This document shows, in pieces, positions 37,610 to 47,800 of a DNA stretch of 64,000 bases. The stretch covers positions 448,001 through 512,000 of the forward strand of contig OY760907.1 of the NCBI GenBank assembly GCA_963664195.1. Reading direction: 5' to 3'. Origin of the DNA: an uncultured candidate division Zixibacteria bacterium (GTDB lineage: Bacteria; Zixibacteria; MSB-5A5; GN15; FEB-12). A program made the position numbers and the translations under genes. The first letter of the stretch is position 1; each line of letters begins with the position of its first letter. The notes beneath the pieces are model-generated. The model had not been told where the DNA came from and did no database searches. It saw only the letters and a program-made list of their open reading frames with translations.

Positions 37610-39219
37610 GTGAGCAAAAGGTCACGATAAAAGATTTTTGCAGCAAGACAGGTCAGTTGGTCAAGCTTGACGCAAAGGATTTCCTGCCGTTGCCTCCCCC
37701 CTACGACACGCTGGAATTCCAACCGAAAATTACGGAGCTTTCAGATGACCAGAAGAAGAAGTACGAAAGCGACCTTGACGGCGTAACCGGCTACAAATTT
37801 CCGCGCCCGGAGACGGAAGAAGAGAAACGTGAGTTGGTCGAGAAGTTTCTTTCCGGTCTGGCCAAGCTCTACGACAAAGAAAACAACTGGGCGTTCGCTC
37901 AGCCGCTTCTGCTGACGATGGAGTACTGCGCCAAGTGCCAGACATGTTCATCGGCCTGTCCGATCTACAACGAGTCTGGCGGGATGGACATCTATCGCCC
38001 GACGTTTCGCGCGGATATTCTTCGTCGTCTGTATCGCAAGTACGTCAAGACCGGCGGTAAGCTGATTTCGAAGATTTCCGGCAACGATATTGATGCTTCC
38101 TGGACAATGATTGCCCGACTGATGGAGCTTTCATACCGTTGCACGATCTGCCGTCGCTGCGCACAGACCTGTCCGATCGGCGTTGATAACGGTCTCGTAA
38201 CACGAGAACTTCGTAAGATTTTCTCGATGGAAATGGGGATCACCGTTTCACCGCTGCACACCAAGGGCTCTGTCCAGCAACTGGAGACCGGTTCGTCCAC
38301 AGGTATGACGCCGGTTGCGTTTTTGGACAATATCGAATTCCTCGAAGAGGAAGTCGAAGAGCGCACCGGAATGAACTTCAAATGGCCGATGGACAAGGCG
38401 GGCGCTGACGTCCTGCTGATTCACAACGCCGGTGAGTATCTGGCCTGGCCGGAGAATCCGGAAGCGTTTGCGATCATTCTGGAGGCAGCCGGAGTCAATT
38501 ACACTCTGTCGAGTGACATCATCGGTTACGACAGCGTAAACTACGGTGTCTGGTACGACGACGTGCAGTTTGCCAAGGTGGCATTGAAACACGTTGAGGC
38601 AGCCAAGAAACTTGGTGTCAAGAAGATCGTGCTTGGTGAGTGCGGCCATGCCCACAAGGCGATGACCGTAATTGCTGACCGTGTTTACGCCGGCGAGTTG
38701 AACATACCGCGTGAGAGCTCGCTGACATTCCTCAACCAGATCATCAAAGAAGGTCGCCTGAAACTTGATCCTGCTCGTAACGACGATATCTACACTACGA
38801 TGCACGACCCGTGCAACCTGGTGCGTCTGATGGGAATCGTCAAACCGCAGAGAGAAATCCTCAGGGCGGTCTGCAACCACTTTGATGAGATGGCTCCCAA
38901 CGGCGTGCACAACTACTGCTGCGGCGGCGGGTCAGGCTTCGCCATTACCCAGGACTTGAACTTTCCGGATTGGCGGCACCTGATTTCCGGTCGCACGAAG
39001 CTGCGGCAGATACTGGATGTCTTCTCCGACAAGCTTGATCCGGAAATCAAGAAGTACGTCTGTGCTCCTTGTTCGAATTGTAAGGGCTCCATGCGGGACA
39101 TGTTCGAAGCCTACGGTCTGTTTGATCGATGCAATATCCTGTATGGTGGTCTCGTGGAATTGATAGTCAACGCCATGACCGATGTGCGCGAGGGCTTCCT
39201 TGAATGGGAATGGCACTAA
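37606..39219 (+). CDS. Second DsrK/HdrD-like Fe-S protein
   Basis: CAKCQTCSSAC, CTICRRCAQTCPIGVD, GECGH, HDPCN, CCGGGSG, CAPCSNCK. Confidence 0.85.
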   Translation: MSEQKVTIKDFCSKTGQLVKLDAKDFLPLPPPYDTLEFQPKITELSDDQKKKYESDLDGVTGYKFPRPETEEEKRELVEKFLSGLAKLYDKENNWAFAQPLLLTMEYCAKCQTCSSACPIYNESGGMDIYRPTFRADILRRLYRKYVKTGGKLISKISGNDIDASWTMIARLMELSYRCTICRRCAQTCPIGVDNGLVTRELRKIFSMEMGITVSPLHTKGSVQQLETGSSTGMTPVAFLDNIEFLEEEVEERTGMNFKWPMDKAGADVLLIHNAGEYLAWPENPEAFAIILEAAGVNYTLSSDIIGYDSVNYGVWYDDVQFAKVALKHVEAAKKLGVKKIVLGECGHAHKAMTVIADRVYAGELNIPRESSLTFLNQIIKEGRLKLDPARNDDIYTTMHDPCNLVRLMGIVKPQREILRAVCNHFDEMAPNGVHNYCCGGGSGFAITQDLNFPDWRHLISGRTKLRQILDVFSDKLDPEIKKYVCAPCSNCKGSMRDMFEAYGLFDRCNILYGGLVELIVNAMTDVREGFLEWEWH

Positions 39220-39237
39220 TAGATGCGAGGTGATTTC

Positions 39238-39612
39238 ATGGCTAAGAAGATACTTATAGTTGACGACGAAAGCGATCCCAGAACGTACCTTCAGACCCTC
39301 TTTGAAGAAAACGGTTATGACACTGTTCTGGCGACCGATGGCGACGAAGCCCAGGTGATTGTGAAGGAAGCTGCTCCTGACCTGATTACTCTGGATATCA
39401 TAATGGAGCGCGAGACCGGTACCAAGTTCTACCGTTGGTTGTGCAAGGACCCGGAATTGTCAAAAATCCCCGTGATCTTTTGCAGCGGCGTAACCAGGTA
39501 CAAGGAGCTTTTCTCTCGTGATTACGCGACAATGCCCAAACCGCTGGCATTCTGCGAGAAGCCGATTGATCAGAATATGCTACTCGCGAAAGTCAGGGAG
39601 GCCATAGGGTAG
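39238..39612 (+). CDS. Single-domain response regulator
   Basis: ILIVDDE, PDLITLDIIM, KP. Confidence 0.9.
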   Translation: MAKKILIVDDESDPRTYLQTLFEENGYDTVLATDGDEAQVIVKEAAPDLITLDIIMERETGTKFYRWLCKDPELSKIPVIFCSGVTRYKELFSRDYATMPKPLAFCEKPIDQNMLLAKVREAIG

Positions 39613-39652
39613 CGGCTCCACTTCTGCTCAAAATCGGGCACCCTTTGTTTTT

Positions 39653-39696
39653 GAGACCGGCGGACGGCATCATGTTTTCTGCCGGTCTCTTGTTTT
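39653..39696 (+). terminator. Probable terminator
   Basis: GAGACCGGCGGA...TCTGCCGGTCTC followed by TTGTTTT. Confidence 0.65.
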
Positions 39697-39860
39697 GTGC
39701 CCTTGATTTCGGCCAAAAGCCACCGTTCTCCCCCACATCTCTTCTCCGGTATTCACCGATACCAAACAACGCCGGTCTCATAATTCATGTTGACAAACGA
39801 AGGCTCACTGTGCAGTATTTGTGTAGCAAAGAGACTTCGACAAGAGGGATGGGCACTCCT

Positions 39861-40475
39861 ATGGTTAAGCAGAAGGCTGATAGAAGTATCAACATACTCG
39901 TAGTTGATGACGACGTCGATGTTTGTCAATACCTTCAATCGTTTTTGACGAGCCACAATTTCACCGTTGAATACCTGACCGATCCCGTTCAGCTAATGCC
40001 TAAATTGAAGGAATCAATGTTCCAGATCATCATTCTGGACCTGGTGATGCCTTCGGTGAGTGGTCTTGAACTGTTGAAAGACATCCGCAAGTTTGACAAG
40101 GACATCTGTGTCATTATGTTGTCGGGATACCCGACGTTTGACCGGGCAGTGGAGGCATTTCGCTCCGAGGTCTTTGACTTCCTCACCAAACCGTTTGAGA
40201 ACGAAGAGCTCCTGGCGATTTTGGAGCGAGTTATCAAGAAATACGGTCTGCAGAGTGATCTCAACCAGAAGGCAGTAGATCAGATAGCCTCGGAGATTCG
40301 CCGCCTGCGCACGGACCAGAAGCTCAGTCTCAGGCAACTGGCGAGCCGGACCGGCCTGTCCCCCAGCCTCATTTACCAGATAGAACACGCCCACACCGCC
40401 CCGTCTCTGGCCACGGTCTCCCGTCTGGCGACAGCCCTGAACACTCCGCTGGAAGATCTCTTCAAAGGGCTGTAA
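39861..40475 (+). CDS. Response regulator with C-terminal XRE/Cro HTH
   Basis: ILVVDDD...LDLVMP...FLTKP receiver plus IRRLRTDQKLSLRQLASRTGLSPSLIYQIE HTH. Confidence 0.88.
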   Translation: MVKQKADRSINILVVDDDVDVCQYLQSFLTSHNFTVEYLTDPVQLMPKLKESMFQIIILDLVMPSVSGLELLKDIRKFDKDICVIMLSGYPTFDRAVEAFRSEVFDFLTKPFENEELLAILERVIKKYGLQSDLNQKAVDQIASEIRRLRTDQKLSLRQLASRTGLSPSLIYQIEHAHTAPSLATVSRLATALNTPLEDLFKGL

Positions 40476-40567
40476 TTCTTGTTCGGCAATGAGTCGTTGA
40501 TGTAGCTTCCTTACCGGGGGCACGACCCGGCATTGCCGGGACCTTACATTCGCATTAGGAATACGAC

Positions 40568-43417
40568 ATGCAGGATGCTAATAAGTCAAGAGCACAACTT
40601 GCCCGTGAACTGGAGGAGCTTCGTAACCAGGTCACGCAGCTTAAGCAATCCTGCCAACAGTCAGCCGATGCCGGCAGTGAGAATCTCAGTTCTAACGAGT
40701 TGCAGAGAGCGTTGTTCGAGGGCAGTGCCGACCCGATCGTCATTACCGATCTGAACGACATCGTTCTGCACTCCAATCCAGCGGTGGAAAGAGTATTCGG
40801 CTACGCACAGAGTGACCTTGCCGGCAAACCCTTCCCTATTCCAGAGGGACTGGATAGCGATAAGTTTGAACAATGGGCTGGTCATTGCAGAGCGGGCAGC
40901 GGTGTATCCTGCTACGATACCTATCGACACCACAAAGACGGTACCAAGATCTCGGTGAGTATCACCATCTCTCCAATCAAGAACGCTGCCGGTGATCTGG
41001 TAGCACTCTCGTTTTTCTACCGCAACATAACCGCCAGAGCAGAAGCAATTGCAGAGCTGGAACAATCAAAGAACTTCCTGAATAACGTCATTGATGCCCT
41101 TGACGACCCTGTCTTTGTCAAGGACGAGCAACACCGCTGGGTAGTTCTCAACACCTCCCTTTGCCAACTCATGGGGCACCCGAGGAGAGAACTGATCGGC
41201 AAGAGTGACTACGACGTGTTTCCACGCGAACAGGCCGACGTGTTCTGGGCGAGAGACGAAGTGGTCCTGAGCACGGGCATCATGGATGTCAACGAGGAAG
41301 ACATCACATGGCATGGAGAACTGCATCACATATCAACGAAGAAATCGCTGTTCATCGATTCGGCCACGGGGAACCGGTTCATTGCGGCATCCATAAGAGA
41401 CCTCACAGATCAGAAGCGCGCTCAGCAGGCCCTGAAGGAATCGGAAGAACGGTATCGCACTTTGTTTGAGAGTGCCCCTCTCGGAATCACGCTGTCCACA
41501 CTCGACGGCACTATCCTGGCCGCCAATGACGCGGTGACGCGCATATCCGGATACTCCACCAGAGAATTGATTTCCAGCAGTGTCAGCGAGTTGTATGAAA
41601 ACGCCGAGGGGCGCAGGGCCGTAATGGCACAATTCCGTCGGGACGGCTTCGTCCGAAATCACGAAGTGGCCATGCGACACAAGAACGGAAGCACATACTA
41701 CGTGCGAACAACCGTGACGCCGTGCACCGTCCAGGGTGAGGATGCCATCCTGAGTATGGGCGAAGACATCACCCGGGATAGACAGGCTGAGGAAGCCAAT
41801 CGCTACCGGGTGGCGTTCGAGAGACTCATAGCCCCTATTTCTTCACGATTCATCAATCTTCGATTTGACGAGATCGACAATGAAATCAACAAAGCGCTGG
41901 AAGTTATCGGCAGGTTCGTCGGCGTTGATCGCAGCTATGTATTCCAGTTTCGCGAAGATGGCATGGCGATGGATAACACCCACGAATGGTGTGCCAACGG
42001 TATTGAGCCGCAGATCAAGAATCTTCAGGGGTTGGCGCTGGACTCGCTGCTGGTGATTGGCGACAAGCTCCGCAACGGCGAGAGAGCCTATATACCGCGG
42101 GTTGACGACCTTCCAGAGGATCAGGTTCTTCTCAGAGATCATCTTCAGGAGCAGAGCATCAAGTCACTCCTGGCCGTCCCAATGATATTCGAAGGCAAGG
42201 CAGTTGGCGCCCTCGGTTTTGATATGGTGCGGAAAACGGAACACTGGCCGACAAACATTACTTCGCTGCTGACAATTGTCGGTGAAGTATTCACCAGTGC
42301 GCTCCAGCGCAAACGGACCGAGGAGGCGCTCAGGCGAAGCGAAGAACGATTCCGGACTCTTGCCGCTTCGGCGCCGGTTGCTATCATGCAGTCTGATGCC
42401 GAAGGCAATTGCGTGTACGCCAACCGTCGATGGAGCGAAATGACGGGGATTCCGCAGGACGAAGCTCCCGGTACTCCGTGGTACTCTGTGATTCACGAGG
42501 ATGACCGCGACAAACTCATCGCGTTGATGGAGAACCCTACGGATCCGCATGCTGGATATTCTGCAGAGTGCCGCTATGTCACGCTCGACGGCAAGGTAAC
42601 CTGGGTCTATGGCAATGTCACGCCGATGCACAACGCAGCCGGTGATTTGATCGGCTATCTCGGAACCGCCTCAGACATTACCGAACGCCGACAGGCTGAG
42701 GAAACGCTTCGCGCAAGCGAACGTGCCCATCAACATGAATTGATGCGGGTGGATCGGCTCCGCACCGTCGGTCGACTTGCCGCAGGCGTAGCTCACGAAA
42801 TCAACAACCCGCTTTCAGTGCTGTACGGTACGCTGCAGGAGCTAAGCCTGCATCCTCCGAAGCGAAAGGACTACGACAAGACCAAGTTCGAGCGCCTGCT
42901 ACGTGTAGCGGGCCGAATCAAGAAGACCGTTCATAACCTGCTCGTTTTCTCGCGACAGCAGATTGCAGAGAAGGCTCCCCACGAAATCAACGCGGTTATC
43001 GAAAACACGCTCTCTCTTATCGCATCAATGCTCGCCAAGCACGACATTTCGCTGGAACTCCTGCTGGACAAAACACTGCCGAAAACGACCGTCAACGCCG
43101 AGCAGATGCAGCAGGTGTTTCTCAACCTGATTCTCAACGCCCATGATGCTATGCCGGAGGGGGGCAGTCTGACGATAACCACCTCGCAGGTGAAGAAACG
43201 ACTGCACATAACGTTTGCCGACACGGGCTGCGGAATTGACCAGCCGGATATCGAGAAGATATTCACCCCCTTCTTCACGACCAAGGATGTTGGCAGCGGC
43301 ACGGGACTGGGGCTTTCCATCAGTTACGGTATCATCAGGGATCACGGTGGGGATATCACGGCTGCCAATCGGCCCGGTGGCGGAGCTGAATTCGTCATTT
43401 CTCTACCACTGGGCTAG
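40568..43417 (+). CDS. Cytoplasmic multi-PAS/GAF sensor histidine kinase
   Basis: Four PAS-like repeats, one GAF (VDRSYVF..NTHEWC), AGVAHEINNP H-box, NLILNA, PFFTTK, GTGLGL; no TM segment seen. Confidence 0.92.
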   Translation: MQDANKSRAQLARELEELRNQVTQLKQSCQQSADAGSENLSSNELQRALFEGSADPIVITDLNDIVLHSNPAVERVFGYAQSDLAGKPFPIPEGLDSDKFEQWAGHCRAGSGVSCYDTYRHHKDGTKISVSITISPIKNAAGDLVALSFFYRNITARAEAIAELEQSKNFLNNVIDALDDPVFVKDEQHRWVVLNTSLCQLMGHPRRELIGKSDYDVFPREQADVFWARDEVVLSTGIMDVNEEDITWHGELHHISTKKSLFIDSATGNRFIAASIRDLTDQKRAQQALKESEERYRTLFESAPLGITLSTLDGTILAANDAVTRISGYSTRELISSSVSELYENAEGRRAVMAQFRRDGFVRNHEVAMRHKNGSTYYVRTTVTPCTVQGEDAILSMGEDITRDRQAEEANRYRVAFERLIAPISSRFINLRFDEIDNEINKALEVIGRFVGVDRSYVFQFREDGMAMDNTHEWCANGIEPQIKNLQGLALDSLLVIGDKLRNGERAYIPRVDDLPEDQVLLRDHLQEQSIKSLLAVPMIFEGKAVGALGFDMVRKTEHWPTNITSLLTIVGEVFTSALQRKRTEEALRRSEERFRTLAASAPVAIMQSDAEGNCVYANRRWSEMTGIPQDEAPGTPWYSVIHEDDRDKLIALMENPTDPHAGYSAECRYVTLDGKVTWVYGNVTPMHNAAGDLIGYLGTASDITERRQAEETLRASERAHQHELMRVDRLRTVGRLAAGVAHEINNPLSVLYGTLQELSLHPPKRKDYDKTKFERLLRVAGRIKKTVHNLLVFSRQQIAEKAPHEINAVIENTLSLIASMLAKHDISLELLLDKTLPKTTVNAEQMQQVFLNLILNAHDAMPEGGSLTITTSQVKKRLHITFADTGCGIDQPDIEKIFTPFFTTKDVGSGTGLGLSISYGIIRDHGGDITAANRPGGGAEFVISLPLG

Positions 43418-43741
43418 ATTTCGCCCCTTTTTCCCCAGTTTGGTGGTACAGAATCCGTCATGTTTCCCCGATAGTCAATACAAGAGGCTGAATGGGCAGA
43501 GTACTGCAAGGATGACCCATCCAATACCGTACCAGACTGTTTCGCCGGGACTTGGAGAAATCGCTGTCGCTGTGACGGCAGTTTTGATCGCCGTCGGGCG
43601 AGACGTATCCTCGATCCGGCAGTCTGGTGAAATCGGGTTAACCCATCGGCCAACAAGTAGAACGAACAACGGGACAAGGCGTATTGGGGCGTGCCGCTTT
43701 GGACCTGGGAACAGGCTACAGATAACGAAGATCACTGAACC

Positions 43742-44215
43742 ATGAAAGTAACGGTCATCAAGAACAACATTGCCTCCAACGACAAAGCTGTGTCAGCCAG
43801 CGAGACTGGCAAACTGCAGATAGTCCGCCCCGAGACGCTCGAAGACTCGACTGCAAATCGCACCACCATACTCATTGTGGACGACGACGAAACGATCCTT
43901 CGCTTGCTGACCGGCGTATTGAAACGTGAGGGCTTTGCGCCTGTCACGGCAGAAACCGGACTTGAGGCGGCGAAAGTCCTGTCATCCTCGCAAGTTGACA
44001 TTGTCCTGAGCGATATTGAGATGCCGGGAATGAACGGCCTTGAACTGCTTGAGCACGTGAAAGAAAGTTACCCGACCGTGCCGATGATGCTCATGACCGG
44101 CAATCGGGGTCTGTACTGCGAGTACGAGATTCTGGAGGCGGGAGCCGACGGATTTCTCACGAAACCGTTCCGCCGGGCAGAGTTGATGACTCGCGTCAAG
44201 GCGCTGTGTAGATAG
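43742..44215 (+). CDS. Single-domain response regulator
   Basis: ILIVDDD, SDIEMPGMNG, GADGFLTKP. Confidence 0.85.
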   Translation: MKVTVIKNNIASNDKAVSASETGKLQIVRPETLEDSTANRTTILIVDDDETILRLLTGVLKREGFAPVTAETGLEAAKVLSSSQVDIVLSDIEMPGMNGLELLEHVKESYPTVPMMLMTGNRGLYCEYEILEAGADGFLTKPFRRAELMTRVKALCR

Positions 44216-44298
44216 CGCGTCGGAATACTCCGAGCAACATTATTTCATTAGAGCTTGCGGGCTGCGGACAATCTGTGACCTATGCCTGGCCGGGCGGG

Positions 44299-44316
44299 CC
44301 CGAGGCTTGCCTCGGG
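44299..44316. repeat. GC-rich palindrome sharing a core with the downstream repeats
   Basis: CCCGAGGC-tt-GCCTCGGG. Confidence 0.7.
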
Positions 44317-44461
44317 TTTCTAGAGGTCGCTTGATTGCCACACATCCCTCCCGTATCACCGAGTGAATCTGGTTGAACTATAATCGCCTTCAAAATACAC
44401 AATTGCAGGTGAATGTCAATCGGGAATCGAATCCGCCAGGGATGGAACCCTGGTTGTCACA

Positions 44462-44568
44462 AAAGGGGAGAATGCAGCTGTTCCCCACCCGAGGCACGGG
44501 CGGGCCACCGGAGGTCCACAAAGGGGAGAACGCGACTGTCCCCCACCCGAGGCACGGGTTGGCCACCG
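44462..44568. repeat. Two ~49-bp direct repeats (58-bp period), each with two hairpins; REP-like
   Basis: AAAGGGGAGAA.GC..CTGT.CCCCACCCGAGGCACGGG..GGCCACCG at 44462-44510 and 44520-44568. Confidence 0.85.
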
Positions 44569-44612
44569 AACGGACGGCAAGCTGCAAACTCGCATGTAAT
44601 GGAAGACAAATA

Positions 44613-44633
44613 TGGCGGAGAGGTAGGGATTCG
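44613..44633 (-). mobile_element. Isolated tRNA 3'-end fragment (probably tRNA-Ser) = probable att junction of an integrated element
   Basis: Minus strand CGAATCCCTACCTCTCCGCCA = T-loop half, acceptor stem, discriminator G and CCA; tRNA similarity stops inside the T-loop. Confidence 0.8.
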
Positions 44634-44760
44634 CCGCAGGGCAGCGCCGTAACGTACTTGTACACAACGCGTTATAGTGCATCGTCAAGAAGCGCAACGA
44701 TTTAATTCTTTTGTATTCTTTTGCCTGGTGTTGCTTCGATTGGGCTGTTTTGGCGCCCCG

Positions 44761-44780
44761 TGGTCACAAAATGGTCACAA
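44761..44780. repeat. Tandem direct repeat resembling tyrosine-integrase arm sites
   Basis: TGGTCACAA-aa-TGGTCACAA about 130 bp inside the att core. Confidence 0.65.
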
Positions 44781-44820
44781 GAGGTGGCTGATGCTGGTCC
44801 GAGAATGCCCCGAGAGGGCA

Positions 44821-47800
44821 TCACTTCAATAACAGCATCTTCCGGGTCACAGAGTGGTCCCCCGCCTGCAGTCGATAGAAGTAGACTCCAGTAGAGACGG
44901 AGCGGTGTTTCGCGTCGTGACCGTCCCAGATTGCAACGTGCTCGCCGGCAGTCTTCGCGGAGTTGATGAGTTCAGCAACTTCTTGGCCGAGGATATTGTA
45001 AACGGTTAGCCTAACGTGAGAGCGCTTTGGCAAAGCGTATCTTATCGTAGTGCTCGGGTTGAAGGGGTTGGGAAAGTTTTGACACAATTCCATAGACACA
45101 GGCAAGAGAGGTTGCTCCGCCTCCCCGACATCGGATGACACCTGGCCAAACGCGTGAATCCATCCGTCAACCGTTGACACATAGACCTTGTCACCGGCTG
45201 CCGTCACACTGCCAACAACCGGGTAGGACCACACGGCATCGTGGGTGTTCAGATCAACGGCATACGTGGCCTCTTCCGTTCCGACAAACGCATGTCCGTC
45301 GATGGCTATCGGTTGAGATACGATGGGAGTTGGCGCTCGGTAGTCCCAGAGCTCCTCACCCGTGAACGCATCGTAGCAAACCAGTCGTCCCGATTCTCGC
45401 ACCAATAGCAGACCGTCACACACAACGGGAGACTGAGATCTCCCGTACGTCCGGAAGTGTCCACAGTTTCTCCATGCAATCTCCCCGGTCTCCAGATCAA
45501 TCGCCTGAATCTGGAACATCTCTAGGATGTAGAGGAAGTTGAGACAGGAATCGATCACGGGCGCAGTGCCGGCAAAATAGACATGTACTGGTGGCCCCCC
45601 CTCGCAGGGCGGGAGCGTGTCCCTCAGGTCCCAGCCTAATTCATCTTTCGACAGATCACAGGTCCAAAGGAGATTCGTGAAATAGATGTATATCGAATCA
45701 TTGTAGACAGCTGGGGTCCAAGCATCCTGGCGCCCGGCGCCGTGTGCCCACAGTCTTTCACCTGTGTGTATATCGGCAACTGAAAAACCACCGTACATCT
45801 CGCTGGGAAAAACAAGTCGGTCGCCGTAAACGGTTGGTGATTTTAGCCCCTCGATTAGCTGACTCCTGAAGGGGCAAATCCAAGCCGTGTCACCGGTCTC
45901 CACGTCGTAGGCCACAATTCGGCTTGCGGCTCCGTCAATGATCTGCTGATACCATAGCCCGTATGCGGTGCTAGGCTGTGGGGTGGATGACACCCAGCCA
46001 ACAGAATCAGCCCAGAGAGTCTCGCCGGTTTCCGAATCAAGACAACTGAATACATTCGGCAAAGTGCTCGGCCCCTCCCCAGGTGAGGCCATCACATATT
46101 CCTCGGTGGCAGTGATCGGATTGAGATTGCTCGGGAAAACTCGCTGCTGCCATTTGAGTTGAAGGGGCATCGTGATCTTCGTGCCCGGATTGTAGCCCGT
46201 ATGCTTGGAGTCGTACTGGTACTGTGACCAGTTGCTTGAGATCTCGCCTTCTGGCAGTAGCCGAGTTGAGAAGTATTGCTCAGTCCAATCGCCCCAGCCA
46301 TGCTCGTTTGCCAGTCGTACGCGAAGATAGTACACGCTTCGGTCAGCGAGCGGTGCGCCGGCATACTGAACCGTGGTAGCAGCTGATCGAATCGGACTCG
46401 AGTCCCACATCTCAGCGTAGGTCCAATCCTGATCGGTGCCTATCTCCACTTCAAAATACTCCTGGCCAGTACAGGCTGTATCCCAATAGTCCCATTCCAG
46501 GTTCGGCGTCAGGGTGCGGACAATGTATGCGGGCAAGTCGCCAGACAGTCTCGGTCGCCCAGCGAGCGGCCAGACAACTTCAGTGCATCCGGTGCCCAGA
46601 GCACCGATCATACCGCAACTGTTGTGATCGGGAAGGCAAGGCGAGTCGAAGTTCAGGTGAGTATCGCCATTATCCAGATCACAGAATCTCGGATCGACCG
46701 AAACGTTGCCGTTTTGTCCGAGGAGTCCGGCGAATTCGCCGATGAAGTTGCCTCTGGGGTTTCCGAAGATGTTGCAGCAAGTCACAGAAGGTACACAGCC
46801 CCCCAAGGCCTGTACCCCTAGATTGTAGGTAACATTGCAGCGTGTCAGTTCGGCGTCCGATTCCTCATCGAGAATGTACACTCCACCGGCACCGCTATCG
46901 GCGTCGTTGGCAACGATGTCGCAGTTAATGAACTCTGGTCCGGCGTCACCTTCGCAGCTGACTCCGCCACCGTAAACCGCCTGATTGTCGAAAATGACGC
47001 AACGACTTAGAACGGAATTCGACTCCCGAGCGTAGACTGAGCCTCCAAAGTAGGCGTAGTTCTCCTCAAAAGAACAGTCTTCTATTGCGGGTGAGCTGCC
47101 GTCCAGATAGACTGCGCCGCCGCCCTCGTTGACTGCTCCGTGATACCCCCCTCTGAGCGTCAAGCCGACAATCTCAGTGGACGGCCCCTCTCCGTACCGG
47201 AAGTGGAAAGCGCGATGCGGTTCGTTCTCGCTTCCGCCTGCGTCGATGATACATGATCTCGAGCCTTCGGCCGACTGAATCGTCAGTATCTTCCCCCAGA
47301 GATTGAGGTCTCGATTGCCATCGCCAGTGTAGGTTCCAGACGCAAGCAGAATCGTGTCCCCATGGTGGGCGGCGTTGACGGCGTCCTGGATCGTTGTCGC
47401 ATCTCCCGAGCCGTCCGCTCTGACGTGCCATACACGCCCTCCCGGTGCACATGTTCCGCTGTCACGGCCTATCAGCTGGCCGTATTCGCTATTGGCCGGC
47501 AGGCAGGGGGATAGACTATCAAGATCATAACGGCCAAGCGCCCAGTCACATAAGCGAGGATTGACCGATATGTTCCCGTCTTGCCCGAGGAATACCCCAG
47601 ACTCGCCAATGTAGTTGCCCTCCGGATTGCCGTGTATGTTGCTGCATACTATCGACGGTAGATTGGCGGTGATACCGGGAGCACCGAGATTGAAAGCTAT
47701 TAGGCAGCGAGTCAGCTTTGTGTCGTAACTCCAATACCGGACATGCACGGCGCCTGCGCCGCTGTCGGCCCTGTTCGCGATCATAGTGCAGTTGACGAAT

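Noticed and set aside
3..39219. Selenocysteine read-through in redox genes
   Set aside because: The TGA stops checked (dsrN, dsrK, dsrJ, dsrO, Cdr-like, CGGC) fall at natural C-termini, and the QmoB MvhD-like motifs use Cys.
44462..44568. Possible CRISPR array
   Set aside because: Only two units with a 9-nt linker and no cas genes.
44560..44700. Intact tRNA gene or tRNA-linked HDV-like ribozyme
   Set aside because: Only the last 21 nt resemble tRNA; no D or anticodon arm can be folded, and the sequence after CCA shows no HDV-like nested pseudoknot by eye.
44373..44705. Short ORFs across the repeat/att region
   Set aside because: They translate the repeats and the tRNA fragment; no coding signature and no integrase motifs.
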